64,000 nt of DNA from an uncultured virus (IMG/VR IMGVR_UViG_3300005253_000330) (lineage: Duplodnaviria; Heunggongvirae; Uroviricota; Caudoviricetes). The notes below the pieces were generated by a model that was not told where the DNA came from, did not search any database, and worked only from the letters and a program-made list of their open reading frames with translations. The stretch lies in IMG/VR virus record IMGVR_UViG_3300005253_000330. One strand, written 5' to 3'. This document shows, piece by piece, positions 10,753-19,607 of this stretch. Positions within the stretch are counted from its first letter, which is position 1; each line of letters starts with the position of its first letter. The position numbers and the translations under genes were made by a program.

Positions 10753-11133
10753 ATGTCAAATATAAATAAATATTTTCCCCTTCCGCTTGTAGTACAATTT
10801 TTAAATGGCCGGATGTGGAAACTTATAGCACCCTTTGAATATCATCCTGACAAAGGTGATGTGATTAAAATCTTTGTTAATTTCACCTTCGATTTCGCCA
10901 GTATCCCTAAACTGTTCTGGTCTTTCATAGGTCACCCTGCTGGGAAATACGGCCCCGCTGCTTTACTACACGATTTTCTTTACTACAAAAAAATCTACGC
11001 CCGCAGGAAAGCAGATAAAATATTTCTTGTGGCTATGAAAGCATTAAAAGTTAGTTTTTGGAAACGACAAATAATGTATTATGCAGTGCGGTTAGGTGGT
11101 AGAAAAGCGTGGAATAAGCACAGAAAGATTTAA
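10753..11133 (+). CDS. DUF1353-family protein
   Basis: FTFDFASIP...AALLHDFLY...RRKADKIF...MYYAVRLGG signature. Confidence 0.85.
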   Translation: MSNINKYFPLPLVVQFLNGRMWKLIAPFEYHPDKGDVIKIFVNFTFDFASIPKLFWSFIGHPAGKYGPAALLHDFLYYKKIYARRKADKIFLVAMKALKVSFWKRQIMYYAVRLGGRKAWNKHRKI

Positions 11134-11184
11134 AGGAAGATATATGCTATTTCTTATATAGACAAAAATAATTTAAAATAATGC

Positions 11185-11213
11185 TTGACAAATGGGTTTT
11201 TGTGTGTTATGCT
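11185..11213 (+). promoter_or_regulatory. Sigma70-type promoter
   Basis: TTGACA-17 nt-TATGCT with extended TG and AT-rich upstream DNA. Confidence 0.75.
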
Positions 11214-11223
11214 GTAAATAGGT

Positions 11224-11281
11224 GACCGAGCCATCGAATAACATATGGCCCAAGAGGCTCGGTCTCTTGGGCCTGTTTGTT
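11224..11281 (+). promoter_or_regulatory. Leader attenuator with alternative pairings and terminator
   Basis: Terminator GGCCCAAGAG/CTCTTGGGCC followed by TGTTTGTT; competing GACCGAGCC/GGCTCGGTC and GCCAT/ATGGC stems. Confidence 0.6.
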
Positions 11282-11296
11282 AAAGGGGTGAGAAAA

Positions 11297-12367
11297 ATGA
11301 AAAAGTTAATATTTTTAATCTCTTTATTACTGATTGCATATTCTTCTTATGGTGCTATAGTCCCAGTTGAGAACGATAGTTTTGAAACTGCCACCAATCC
11401 TCCTCTCGATAGCAGTTTTGACAGTTGGTATGAGGAGGGGACTCCGAGTGGTATTACAAGTTCTACTACTCAAAAACATAGCGGAGGCAGGTCTTGTAGA
11501 TTTACAAACCCGACAACTTCTTATAGTGCAAGAGGGGTCAAGTCATTTCAGATAAATGTTACTGGTGGTGAAATTTATAAAGTGGGGGTGTGGGGCTACC
11601 TCAAGGATGAGAATGCTTTGGCTTATGATCCTAACATATCTTGGTTGTGGGTTTCTATAGAATGGTTTAACAGTGAGGGAAATCCTTCTACCCCATCACA
11701 AAATCCCTCTTCTGGCACAGCATTTAGTTCCTTTGCCATTTGGACGGAATTTTCAACCAGCAATATTACTGCTCCATCAGATGCAGTTTACGCAACAGTA
11801 TATATTCGTTGTAAAGAAACTTCAAATGCAAATAACGATATTTTTGTGGACGCTGTTTTTCTGGAAGATAGCCAGCAACCTACACAACCGGGGGATGTAG
11901 TAATCAACGAAATCGCTTGGATGGGGACAACTACCTCTGCTACTGATGAGTGGATAGAGTTATATAATACTACTGATGAAGAAATAAATTTGACTGGTTG
12001 GACTTTAAATGCAACTGATGGCATGCCTGAAATAAATCTTATTGGAATAATAGTCGCTAATGGCTATTTTTTATTAGAAAGACCTGATGATGACACTTTG
12101 CCTACTATTCCTGCTGACCAAATTTATACTGGGGCTTTGGGTAATGAGGGAGAAAATTTAGAATTAAGAGACACCAGTAGCACTTTAATTGATTCTGTTG
12201 ACCACTTTCCTGAGGGTTGGGGGGCTGGTGATAACGAGACCAAACAAACTATGGAAAGAATAGATAGTAGTTGGAAAAACAGTATAGAAGTTGGTGGCAC
12301 ACCCAGACAGCAGAATGGTAGTGTTACTACAATTATTACTATCACAAATTGGCGAGAAATATACTAA
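11297..12367 (+). CDS. Secreted protein: carbohydrate-binding-like domain + lamin-tail domain (moron/cargo gene)
   Basis: Signal peptide MKKLIFLISLLLIAYSSYG; N.SFE jelly-roll module; VVINEIAW...DEWIELYN...INLTGWTL...LGNEGE lamin-tail motif. The ATG at 11297 has an SD. Confidence 0.8.
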   Translation: MKKLIFLISLLLIAYSSYGAIVPVENDSFETATNPPLDSSFDSWYEEGTPSGITSSTTQKHSGGRSCRFTNPTTSYSARGVKSFQINVTGGEIYKVGVWGYLKDENALAYDPNISWLWVSIEWFNSEGNPSTPSQNPSSGTAFSSFAIWTEFSTSNITAPSDAVYATVYIRCKETSNANNDIFVDAVFLEDSQQPTQPGDVVINEIAWMGTTTSATDEWIELYNTTDEEINLTGWTLNATDGMPEINLIGIIVANGYFLLERPDDDTLPTIPADQIYTGALGNEGENLELRDTSSTLIDSVDHFPEGWGAGDNETKQTMERIDSSWKNSIEVGGTPRQQNGSVTTIITITNWREIY

Positions 12368-12390
12368 TTTAAAAAAAATAAAAAAAACAT

Positions 12391-12419
12391 TTGACTTTCC
12401 CTTAGAAGTATGGTATAAT
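12391..12419 (+). promoter_or_regulatory. Strong sigma70 early promoter
   Basis: TTGACT-17 nt-TATAAT, extended TG, upstream A-tracts. Confidence 0.85.
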
Positions 12420-12435
12420 ATAATAGAGGTAGAAA

Positions 12436-12630
12436 ATGGGACGACCTAAAGGAAGAAATTTTAAGGTCTTATTATCAATAAAGATTCCCGCAAAGTTAGA
12501 CGGGGAATTGGCTAAAGAAGCGAAAAGGATTGGAATGGGCAGTAAGGCTGGTTGGGCAAGATTTATTCTTATGAACAGAAAAGATGACACTACGAAAAAA
12601 ATGTTAAGGCGTTTAGAGGAGCAAAAATGA
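12436..12630 (+). CDS. Ribbon-helix-helix-like DNA-binding protein
   Basis: MGRPK hook, LSIKIP beta strand, then two helices; first gene after the promoter. Confidence 0.55.
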   Translation: MGRPKGRNFKVLLSIKIPAKLDGELAKEAKRIGMGSKAGWARFILMNRKDDTTKKMLRRLEEQK

Positions 12631-12703
12631 CTCCTTTTATTGACCTCTCTCTAATGTCCGATAACATATATTACGTAATTAAAAAACATACAAAAACATA
12701 CTC

Positions 12704-12750
12704 AAGCCTCACAGTAACAAGGCGTCCCTCCGTTGCTGTGGGGTTTTTCT
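12704..12750 (+). terminator. Intrinsic terminator
   Basis: AAGCCTCACAGTAAC / GTTGCTGTGGGGTTT stem followed by a T-run. Confidence 0.65.
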
Positions 12751-12768
12751 ATTCTGGGGGGTGAAAGT

Positions 12769-12894
12769 ATGAAGTGCTGGAATTGCAATCGCTGGGTATC
12801 CAGAGTAGATAAAAAAGCTAAAGCAGTTTTATGTCATATCTGTGCTACCGATCCCGAAGCATACATAAAATTTCACTCGAGCCAGTTATCTTGA
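12769..12894 (+). CDS. 41-aa zinc-finger peptide
   Basis: MKCWNC...LCHIC; SD GGGGGTG. Confidence 0.5.
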   Translation: MKCWNCNRWVSRVDKKAKAVLCHICATDPEAYIKFHSSQLS

Positions 12895-12967
12895 TAGATT
12901 AGGGGTCTCAGAGGCACGAGGATTGCGTAGGATAAACGATAATTTTCAACCCAGAAAGGAGGGTAAG

Positions 12968-13507
12968 ATGAAGTTTAAAAAAGGGGATAGGGTAAGGCAT
13001 TTGATGTGTAACCAAGATGAAATAATAGAAGGATTCAATGCACGGGGTTGGATAAAGGGGCGCTACTGCGAGACAGGAGATTTATCATCAATCTTCGCTC
13101 CGCCCGAATCATATAGACTAATCAAGGAGGGAAAAGGAATGCCTATCAAAGAAAAGATTGAGAACATCAACGAAGACACTACTATAAAGGAATTGGATGA
13201 TTTGATTGTAGAGATATTGCCTGAGTTACCTTCTAACTGTATCCCGCACATTAAAATTAGAATGAACCAATCTGCTCCCGATGCAGGTTATATCGAAGCC
13301 AGCGTCAATGGTAGAAACGAACAATTTGGTTATTGTGACCAATGCGATAAACTCCAAGCCCTCAAAAATGCTTTAATGTGGCTCGCCGAAAAATCAGGAA
13401 AGTTAAAGGACAATAAAAAGGAGGTAGAAGAACTAAAGAAAGAATTTAATCTCTATGAAGCCCGAATGCAAAAAATATCTGTGAAAATAGAAAGATTGGA
13501 GGAGTAA
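12968..13507 (+). CDS. Hypothetical phage protein
   Basis: MKFKKGDRV start after SD GGAGG. Confidence 0.55.
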   Translation: MKFKKGDRVRHLMCNQDEIIEGFNARGWIKGRYCETGDLSSIFAPPESYRLIKEGKGMPIKEKIENINEDTTIKELDDLIVEILPELPSNCIPHIKIRMNQSAPDAGYIEASVNGRNEQFGYCDQCDKLQALKNALMWLAEKSGKLKDNKKEVEELKKEFNLYEARMQKISVKIERLEE

Positions 13508-13601
13508 TGAACCCTTATTTGATATTCTTGGTAGGTATCGTGATAGGGCTTGCGATGATGGTGGCGGTAATACTTTGGACTTGGTATTTAGGGAGGTAGG
13601 G

Positions 13602-14240
13602 ATGAAAACCAAAGCACACATTAGATACCGATTAAAAGACAATACCATCGTTCCAGGGGTAACAACGATTACTGGCATATTGGCAAAGCCCGCTCTTAAG
13701 TTTTGGGCGAATAAAATCGGGCTACAAGGCATAGAGATAAGAAAGTATGTAGATGATAAGGCAGACATTGGAACTTTAGCCCACGCTATGGTGACAGACT
13801 ATCTAAAAGGAGATAAGACCAATACAGATGACTATACTAAAAATCAAATAGGGCAGGCAGAAAATGCTGCCCTTTCTTTTTTTGAATGGGAGAAAAAATA
13901 CAAGATAGAGCCAATCCTGATTGAGAAACCTTTAATAAGTGAGAAGTATGGCTTTGGGGGAACGGCTGATATTTATGCAAAGGTCGATGGAGTGTTGGAA
14001 TTAGTAGATCTAAAAACAGGTAAAGGAATTTTTGACGAGATGCGATACCAAGTGAGTGCTTATAAGGAGTTATTAATAGAGAATGGTTATCCAGTAGATA
14101 GAGTAAGGATATTAAATATACCGCGAACCGAGAACGAGTCTTTTGTAGATGAGATAGTAAGAAATTGTAATATAGGATTTAAGATTATTCTTAGTTGTTT
14201 GAGTATTTACAATCTGAAAAAAGAAATGAAAAGGGGGTAA
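13602..14240 (+). CDS. PD-(D/E)XK exonuclease (lambda-exo/Cas4-like fold)
   Basis: VPGVTTI, GTLAH, IEKPL, GGTADI, LVDLKTG, QVSAY motifs. Confidence 0.85.
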   Translation: MKTKAHIRYRLKDNTIVPGVTTITGILAKPALKFWANKIGLQGIEIRKYVDDKADIGTLAHAMVTDYLKGDKTNTDDYTKNQIGQAENAALSFFEWEKKYKIEPILIEKPLISEKYGFGGTADIYAKVDGVLELVDLKTGKGIFDEMRYQVSAYKELLIENGYPVDRVRILNIPRTENESFVDEIVRNCNIGFKIILSCLSIYNLKKEMKRG

Positions 14241-14246
14241 GAAGAA

Positions 14247-14570
14247 ATGATTTGTGAACAATGTGGCGGAGAGATGGAAAAAGGAAAGTCCTGGGACTTT
14301 AAGGGCAAAACATTCAACAGAGAGGTTTGCTCGCAATGTGGGTGGAAAGCCAAAGCATTTTTGGTGAAAAGCGGAGATGAAACACCCAGTGGCGGAGGGA
14401 TGAAGATGGGGAAGCCCAAAGAGAAAGTAAATTGGGATAAGATTTCGGAAGGAAAGGTAAGACATCACTTCGCTTTAGAGGCCTTCAAAATGGGTAAACC
14501 ACTCAACGAAGGCCTTGTCATAGAGATTGACTGTTGGGTTAACTATGTAATGACCGGGAAGTTAGAATGA
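14247..14570 (+). CDS. Zinc-ribbon hypothetical protein
   Basis: CEQC...CSQC; follows the exonuclease. Confidence 0.5.
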   Translation: MICEQCGGEMEKGKSWDFKGKTFNREVCSQCGWKAKAFLVKSGDETPSGGGMKMGKPKEKVNWDKISEGKVRHHFALEAFKMGKPLNEGLVIEIDCWVNYVMTGKLE

Positions 14571-14666
14571 AGCATATTGAAATCACCAAAGAAGAACATC
14601 AACACTATCTTGATGAAATAGCATATTGCGATATGTTAAGACATTGGATGGAAGGTGAGGTAAATA

Positions 14667-15026
14667 ATGGAACTTATTAAAGTCGCTGACAAGATAGAAC
14701 ATAGAATTAACCTGTTAGCCAAAGGTCGTGAAGTAATCCAAGAACGAGCGGAAAACAAAGCACGAAAGATAGCCGATTACGAAAAAGAACTTGCTTTAAC
14801 CCTAATCAAAATGAAAGAAGGCGTGGAAATGGAACTGGAAGGACATAGTATAAAAGCCCTTCCCGTGAGCATAATGGAAAAAGTGGCCAAAGGGATGTGT
14901 TGGAAAGAAAAACTTGATATGGAACAAGCCGATGCTGAATATCGCAACGCCATCGCAGGAATGCACGCACTTGAAGCAGAATTGAACGGGTGGCAAAGCA
15001 TATTTAGGCACCTTGAAGAAAGATAA
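14667..15026 (+). CDS. Coiled-coil hypothetical phage protein
   Basis: ORF with SD GAGGT; helical composition. Confidence 0.55.
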   Translation: MELIKVADKIEHRINLLAKGREVIQERAENKARKIADYEKELALTLIKMKEGVEMELEGHSIKALPVSIMEKVAKGMCWKEKLDMEQADAEYRNAIAGMHALEAELNGWQSIFRHLEER

Positions 15027-15134
15027 TGGAAAATTGCTACGCAAGCGCACGATACTTCGGCGATTGCAAAGAGTGTAACAAGGTAGACAAATGCCCCCAG
15101 GCGAGACTTCCGAAGGGGAAGAAGGAGGAAGAAG

Positions 15135-15422
15135 ATGAAGCATACTAAAGGAGAGTGGTTAATAGAGGGAAATGAAATAGTGACTGACGATTGGAGAATG
15201 ATTGTAAAGTTGCCTGATGATTATAGAACTCTAACTGATGAGGATAGAACCAATGCCCAACTAATCGCCTCTGCTCCTGAATTGTTGAAGGCGTGTAAAA
15301 GGGTTGTTAATTGCAAAGAGATAGTGGGGGGGATGGGAAAGGCGATACTGATTAGTTATGAAACACTTAGTATTATAGAACAAGCAATCGCCAAAGCAGA
15401 AGGTAAGAAAGAAAGGAGGTAA
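15135..15422 (+). CDS. Conserved phage hypothetical protein
   Basis: MKHTKGEW...NAQLIASAPELL motif, common in phage early regions. Confidence 0.65.
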   Translation: MKHTKGEWLIEGNEIVTDDWRMIVKLPDDYRTLTDEDRTNAQLIASAPELLKACKRVVNCKEIVGGMGKAILISYETLSIIEQAIAKAEGKKERR

Positions 15423-15425
15423 CTA

Positions 15426-15827
15426 ATGGGAATATCATCAACACTATTTGAGGCGGCGAGGGGAAGGAAGCCCCGAGATCTAAAAAGGGAAGTCTGGGAC
15501 TGCTTGCAGAGATACGCTGCGGGCCACTTAAATCCTAAGACTGAGGATCAGATAGCCCGCACCTTGATCTTCAATGGTTCTGGGGAGATATCTACCCGGG
15601 CAGTAAGAAGGATAATAAGGAATTTACGGTTGGGGGGAAAGTTGATAGTCTCTGATACTCACGGCTACTGGATCCCGGTGGGACCAGAGGATAAGGAACT
15701 GGCAAGAGAATACATAGGGAAGTTGCACGACAGGGGCACTAAGATTTTTAGCCTCATAAAACCACAAGAGATGGCTTTTGATAGGCAGTTCACCGAGCAT
15801 CTGCCTTTAGAAGGGATAAATATATAA
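15426..15827 (+). CDS. Winged-helix DNA-binding protein
   Basis: IARTL...STRAVRRIIRNLR...IVSDTHGYW. Confidence 0.6.
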   Translation: MGISSTLFEAARGRKPRDLKREVWDCLQRYAAGHLNPKTEDQIARTLIFNGSGEISTRAVRRIIRNLRLGGKLIVSDTHGYWIPVGPEDKELAREYIGKLHDRGTKIFSLIKPQEMAFDRQFTEHLPLEGINI

Positions 15828-15828
15828 T

Positions 15829-16047
15829 GGGCCTACGGGGGCTGGTGGCGTGAAAAACACGCTGGTTAGTGGGGGCGACCTCAACAAAGAAGTAGAGGTG
15901 CTTGCGCAATGAGCGATCGTTGGTCACTGTTTGGCGAGTATGATATCTTAGTCAAACACACAGTCACAACCCGTCGGTGATGATTCCGACCTAAGCCTAC
16001 AAAGAAAGACGCAGGCAGTTAATCCTGCCCAGCCCCCAGGTCCACCA
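15829..16047 (+). ncRNA. tRNA-like structured RNA with a large insertion
   Basis: GGGCCT/AGGTCC plus ACCA tail; GGGGGCTGG/CCAGCCCCC; D-like arm GCGTG-AAAAA-CACGC; T-like arm GCAGG-CAGTTAAT-CCTGC; fills an intergenic gap. Confidence 0.6.
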
Positions 16048-16063
16048 ATGAGGAGGTGAAATA

Positions 16064-16258
16064 ATGCAGGAAGCAGAAATACAGGAATGGAAGAAGAGAA
16101 TTGATGTGATGTCTCACGAAGAGATGGCGAGACTATGGAGGTTCGCACCATCAGGGCATCCAGTATTCAAAAGAGATCTACCACTATTTGACTATTTTGA
16201 TGAAAGGTTTAAGAAGTTCGGTCGTTTCACTCCAGACATAAGTAAAAAAATAGGTTGA
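16064..16258 (+). CDS. Small conserved phage protein
   Basis: SD GGAGGTG; MARLWRFAPSGHP motif. Confidence 0.6.
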   Translation: MQEAEIQEWKKRIDVMSHEEMARLWRFAPSGHPVFKRDLPLFDYFDERFKKFGRFTPDISKKIG

Positions 16259-16358
16259 TAAATAATGGTTAATGAGGAGGATAGAGTTAATGGTTAAAAG
16301 AATTTCCCGTTCCTTTCACCGCGCTCTGTCCTCCTCTTCAGATAAGGAGATATAAGAG

Positions 16359-17120
16359 ATGCCAGAAGGAAGAATGTTAAAAAAGACGATAAGTAAAAAC
16401 AAATATCTTGGGATATTAAACGATATTGATTGTTGTGTAGTTTTTACTTGGATTATTCCCTTTTTAGATATAGAAGGACGATATTATGGTGAACCTCAAA
16501 TTATAAAAGGAGAGATCTTTGTAAGACTTAAAAAGATGACAGAATATCGTATTGAAAAAGCACTTCAAAAGTTATCCACAACCCCACTGGTGCTTTGGTA
16601 TAAGGTTGCTAATGGAGAAAGATATGTATATTTTCCTGATTTTAAACAAAACCAGAAACTACGAGAGGGAAGAGAGGCTAAGTCCCATATTCCTGCACCT
16701 ACTCCTGACCAACTCCAGAGTAAGTCCCGACCTACTCCAGAGTTGCCCCGCACAAGTAAAGTAAAGGAAAGTAAAGTAAAGATAAGTAAAGACAGCAAAG
16801 CAGGCAAGCCTGTCCTTTCCAAAACCACTAAAGACCTTTTAGACAATGTGTATAAACAGGGTTTTAATATCTATGCCTTATTAGGACGGTTCAAAAAGAA
16901 AAGTAAGATTAACCTACCAGAGGCCGTAATTGAGAAAGTCTGTTTGTCTTACCTTAAAAACCACGAAAAAATTCAAAATGACTGGCCGTGGTTCATTACC
17001 GCAGTTAAGAAAGCAAGCAGAGAGTATTTTGCCGAGCAGAGCATCAGGGAAGGACAGGGATACAAAAACCATCCTGTGGCTTTGAGTATCAAAGAAATTA
17101 TGAAGAAGATGGGGGGATAA
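16359..17120 (+). CDS. Phage replication initiator (replisome-organizer-like)
   Basis: MPEGRMLKKTIS...DIEGR N-terminal domain, then a low-complexity linker containing DNA repeats. Confidence 0.7.
   Translation: MPEGRMLKKTISKNKYLGILNDIDCCVVFTWIIPFLDIEGRYYGEPQIIKGEIFVRLKKMTEYRIEKALQKLSTTPLVLWYKVANGERYVYFPDFKQNQKLREGREAKSHIPAPTPDQLQSKSRPTPELPRTSKVKESKVKISKDSKAGKPVLSKTTKDLLDNVYKQGFNIYALLGRFKKKSKINLPEAVIEKVCLSYLKNHEKIQNDWPWFITAVKKASREYFAEQSIREGQGYKNHPVALSIKEIMKKMGG
16698..16795. repeat. Putative replication origin: iterons plus A-rich tract inside the initiator gene
   Basis: ACTCCAGAGT twice, CCTACTCC twice, then tandem AAGTA units. Confidence 0.55.
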
Positions 17121-17150
17121 AATGAAGAAGTTTTGTGAGGTATTTCCACT

Positions 17151-17360
17151 ATGATCACCCTAAAATCCTGCGTGAGTCATAACACTATGGTCATCTCAGA
17201 AAAAGACCATCTCCCACTCAAAAAACTCTACACCCAAGCCGTAGAGTTAGGTCGCCAGAGAGTCATCTATAAAAGATTCGGCGAAACCATTGTAGCCGAT
17301 ATGGAAAGTGTGTTTAATGTCTTAACTCAACTCGATAAAATCGTTTATGGAGGTAAATAA
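17151..17360 (+). CDS. Small hypothetical protein, paralogue of 19608..19868
   Basis: Shared I.E.D..PL.KL..QA.E...R.IY...ETIVA....V..VL pattern. Confidence 0.6.
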   Translation: MITLKSCVSHNTMVISEKDHLPLKKLYTQAVELGRQRVIYKRFGETIVADMESVFNVLTQLDKIVYGGK

Positions 17361-17531
17361 TGGGCGTTGGTGAATCAGGATCCACTATTAAGTTTGCTCT
17401 GGCGAATGAGAAGGGGCCTGGCCAAGTGTGGTGTGAGCCAGGGGAGCATTGGGTTCATGAGGACGACTACGACAAGGAATACGAGATGTGTGTGCATTGT
17501 TTGGAGAGAAAAACGAAGGAGGGGGAATGAT

Positions 17532-17927
17532 ATGAGTGAACAGAATTGTATCCATGGGGAAGTATGCAAGTATAAACAGGGGGGGGGTGGAATATGTACC
17601 CTTAAAGAGATATGTAAGTTCTCTGAAGGGGCAAAATTCAGCCCTGCCTATTTGAAGGAAGAGCCAGTCAAACCAAGACGCAAGGAGAAGAGAAAGTATA
17701 AGAAAAGGGCAGAAAAACCTAAGAATTTAACAGCCAGCAAAGAGGAGATCAAGAGAGTGAGAAATCTACTGAGGATGAGAAGAGTTAATGATCTCTTAAC
17801 AGAGGATGAGATGAAGGCCTTAGATATGCACGCCGGCAAGCATTATGAGGAGTTGTCAGAAACAGCAAGACAGCAGATCCTGGATATCGAGAAGGAATCT
17901 AAAAATCGTATGGAGGAGGTAGAGTGA
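17532..17927 (+). CDS. Hypothetical protein with Cys-rich N-terminus
   Basis: ATG at 17532 after a GGAGGGGG SD. Confidence 0.5.
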   Translation: MSEQNCIHGEVCKYKQGGGGICTLKEICKFSEGAKFSPAYLKEEPVKPRRKEKRKYKKRAEKPKNLTASKEEIKRVRNLLRMRRVNDLLTEDEMKALDMHAGKHYEELSETARQQILDIEKESKNRMEEVE

Positions 17928-19603
17928 TGAATCAGTACCAAGAAGTAGAGATCAAGGAGATTAAGGTAGGAGTGCAGCCAAGGAAGTTCTTCGATGAAAA
18001 GAAGATGGAAGAGCTCACTAAGTCCGTCAAGGAGAAAGGGATCCTGCAGCCTATTCTGGTCCGGAAGAGCGGGAAGAAGTTTGATCTGGCCTGCGGAGAA
18101 AGAAGATTGCGAGCTGCCAAAGCGGCTGGATTGAGCAAGATCCCCAGCATTATCCGGAAGCTCACCGATGCCCAGATAATGGAGATCCAATTCGTGGAGA
18201 ACCTGCAGCGTGAGGACCTTAACCCCATCGATGAGGCCCAGGGCCTTCAGGGGTTGATCAAGAAGTGTGGCTATACCCAGGCGGACTTAGCCGACCGAGT
18301 AGGCAAGAGCCAGGCCTATATCGCTAAGCGCATCCGGCTACTGACCTTGCCGGAGAAGATCCAGAGGGCTATTTCACGTGAAATAATCACCCCGGGACAT
18401 GGAGTGGTGATCCTGCGGTTGGGTGATGTTGAGGATCAGCTGCGGATATTTAAAGAAATGGTGGAAGAAAAATTATCTATCAGGAATGCCGAGAATTACC
18501 TTGGTATGCAATTTGGAAACCGCCTACAGGACGCTCCCTTCGATAAGAAGGATTGCGTGAAGTGTCTTTATAACGGTGACCGGCAGCTCGACCTCTTTGA
18601 CAAGGACACCCACCTGAAGAGCAAATGCCTCAACGGGGAATGCTACAAGAAAAAGGTTGGCCAGGTTGTCAAGGCCCGGATAGACAAGCTAAAGAAGAAA
18701 GGGTATAAGGTGATAACCAACGATGAGTTCCGCAAGAAGTATGGGACGGCTGAGAAAGACTGTACGGATCTGCGGACCTATTACAGCTCCGGATATACGA
18801 ACCTTGGAGAGAAGTATAAAACAGAATGCCTGGGGGGATGTAAAGATTATCTTGTAGTGGCCGATGACGATGGATCGGTTAATAAGGAAATTTGCACCAA
18901 GAAGGAGTGTTACCGGTCCTTGGTTGCAGGCGCGAAAAGGCAAAAAGCAAAGGAGGCTGGTCCGGAAGGAAACCTCACGGATAAGCACCAGGAGCAGATT
19001 TATGAGAACAGGACCATTGAAATTAAGCGTGCCGAATGGATGAAGCAGATCTCTACCCGGGCAACCAAGAAGGTGGCCAACACTATGATGCTTTACTTCT
19101 TGAGGTATGCCAGCGGTCCGGACTGGTGGTCTGGCCGGCCTATACTTGACTTATTCAAGAGGCTCGGTATTGCTACCAAGACGGACCAGGCCAAGGCGCT
19201 CAAGAATGCCTCGTCCGATACCATCCTTAAGCGACTCTATACTGCACCGGAGAAGAAAACCGAGAAAGAAATAACCCTGCTGATCCTTAAGAAGGAGCTT
19301 TACGATTATGAAGATAAAGCACTCGACTTCTTTGCCCAGGAGCTGGGTTATGACATCCGGAAAGACTACATCATCAGCGAAGCCTACCTTAATACCCGGA
19401 CCAAGGACCAGCTGGCGAAACTGGCCAAGGAGATCGGGTTGGTTGAATTTCTCAAGAAGGGAACGGTAATAAAGAACGCAAAGGTTTTCGACCCCGAGAG
19501 AATAGCTGATTTGAAGAAGGGGGAAATTATAAAACTCTTCCTGAAGAAGGGCTTCAATCTTAAAGGAAAGGTGCCGGCGGACATAAAAAAGAAAGGAGAT
19601 TAA
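17924..19603 (+). CDS. parB: ParB/RepB/Spo0J-family protein with Cys-rich C-terminal extension
   Basis: QPRKFFD, GILQPILVR, GERRLRA, ENLQREDLNPIDEA, HTH TQADLADRVGKSQAYI. Confidence 0.9.
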   Translation: MMNQYQEVEIKEIKVGVQPRKFFDEKKMEELTKSVKEKGILQPILVRKSGKKFDLACGERRLRAAKAAGLSKIPSIIRKLTDAQIMEIQFVENLQREDLNPIDEAQGLQGLIKKCGYTQADLADRVGKSQAYIAKRIRLLTLPEKIQRAISREIITPGHGVVILRLGDVEDQLRIFKEMVEEKLSIRNAENYLGMQFGNRLQDAPFDKKDCVKCLYNGDRQLDLFDKDTHLKSKCLNGECYKKKVGQVVKARIDKLKKKGYKVITNDEFRKKYGTAEKDCTDLRTYYSSGYTNLGEKYKTECLGGCKDYLVVADDDGSVNKEICTKKECYRSLVAGAKRQKAKEAGPEGNLTDKHQEQIYENRTIEIKRAEWMKQISTRATKKVANTMMLYFLRYASGPDWWSGRPILDLFKRLGIATKTDQAKALKNASSDTILKRLYTAPEKKTEKEITLLILKKELYDYEDKALDFFAQELGYDIRKDYIISEAYLNTRTKDQLAKLAKEIGLVEFLKKGTVIKNAKVFDPERIADLKKGEIIKLFLKKGFNLKGKVPADIKKKGD

Positions 19604-19607
19604 CTAA

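Noticed and set aside
13602..14240. Cas4 as evidence of a CRISPR system
   Set aside because: No Fe-S cysteine set, no cas neighbours and no array; an ordinary phage exonuclease.
15829..16047. Canonical tRNA or tmRNA call
   Set aside because: No anticodon arm, non-canonical T-loop, over-long acceptor helix and no evident tag reading frame; kept only as tRNA-like.
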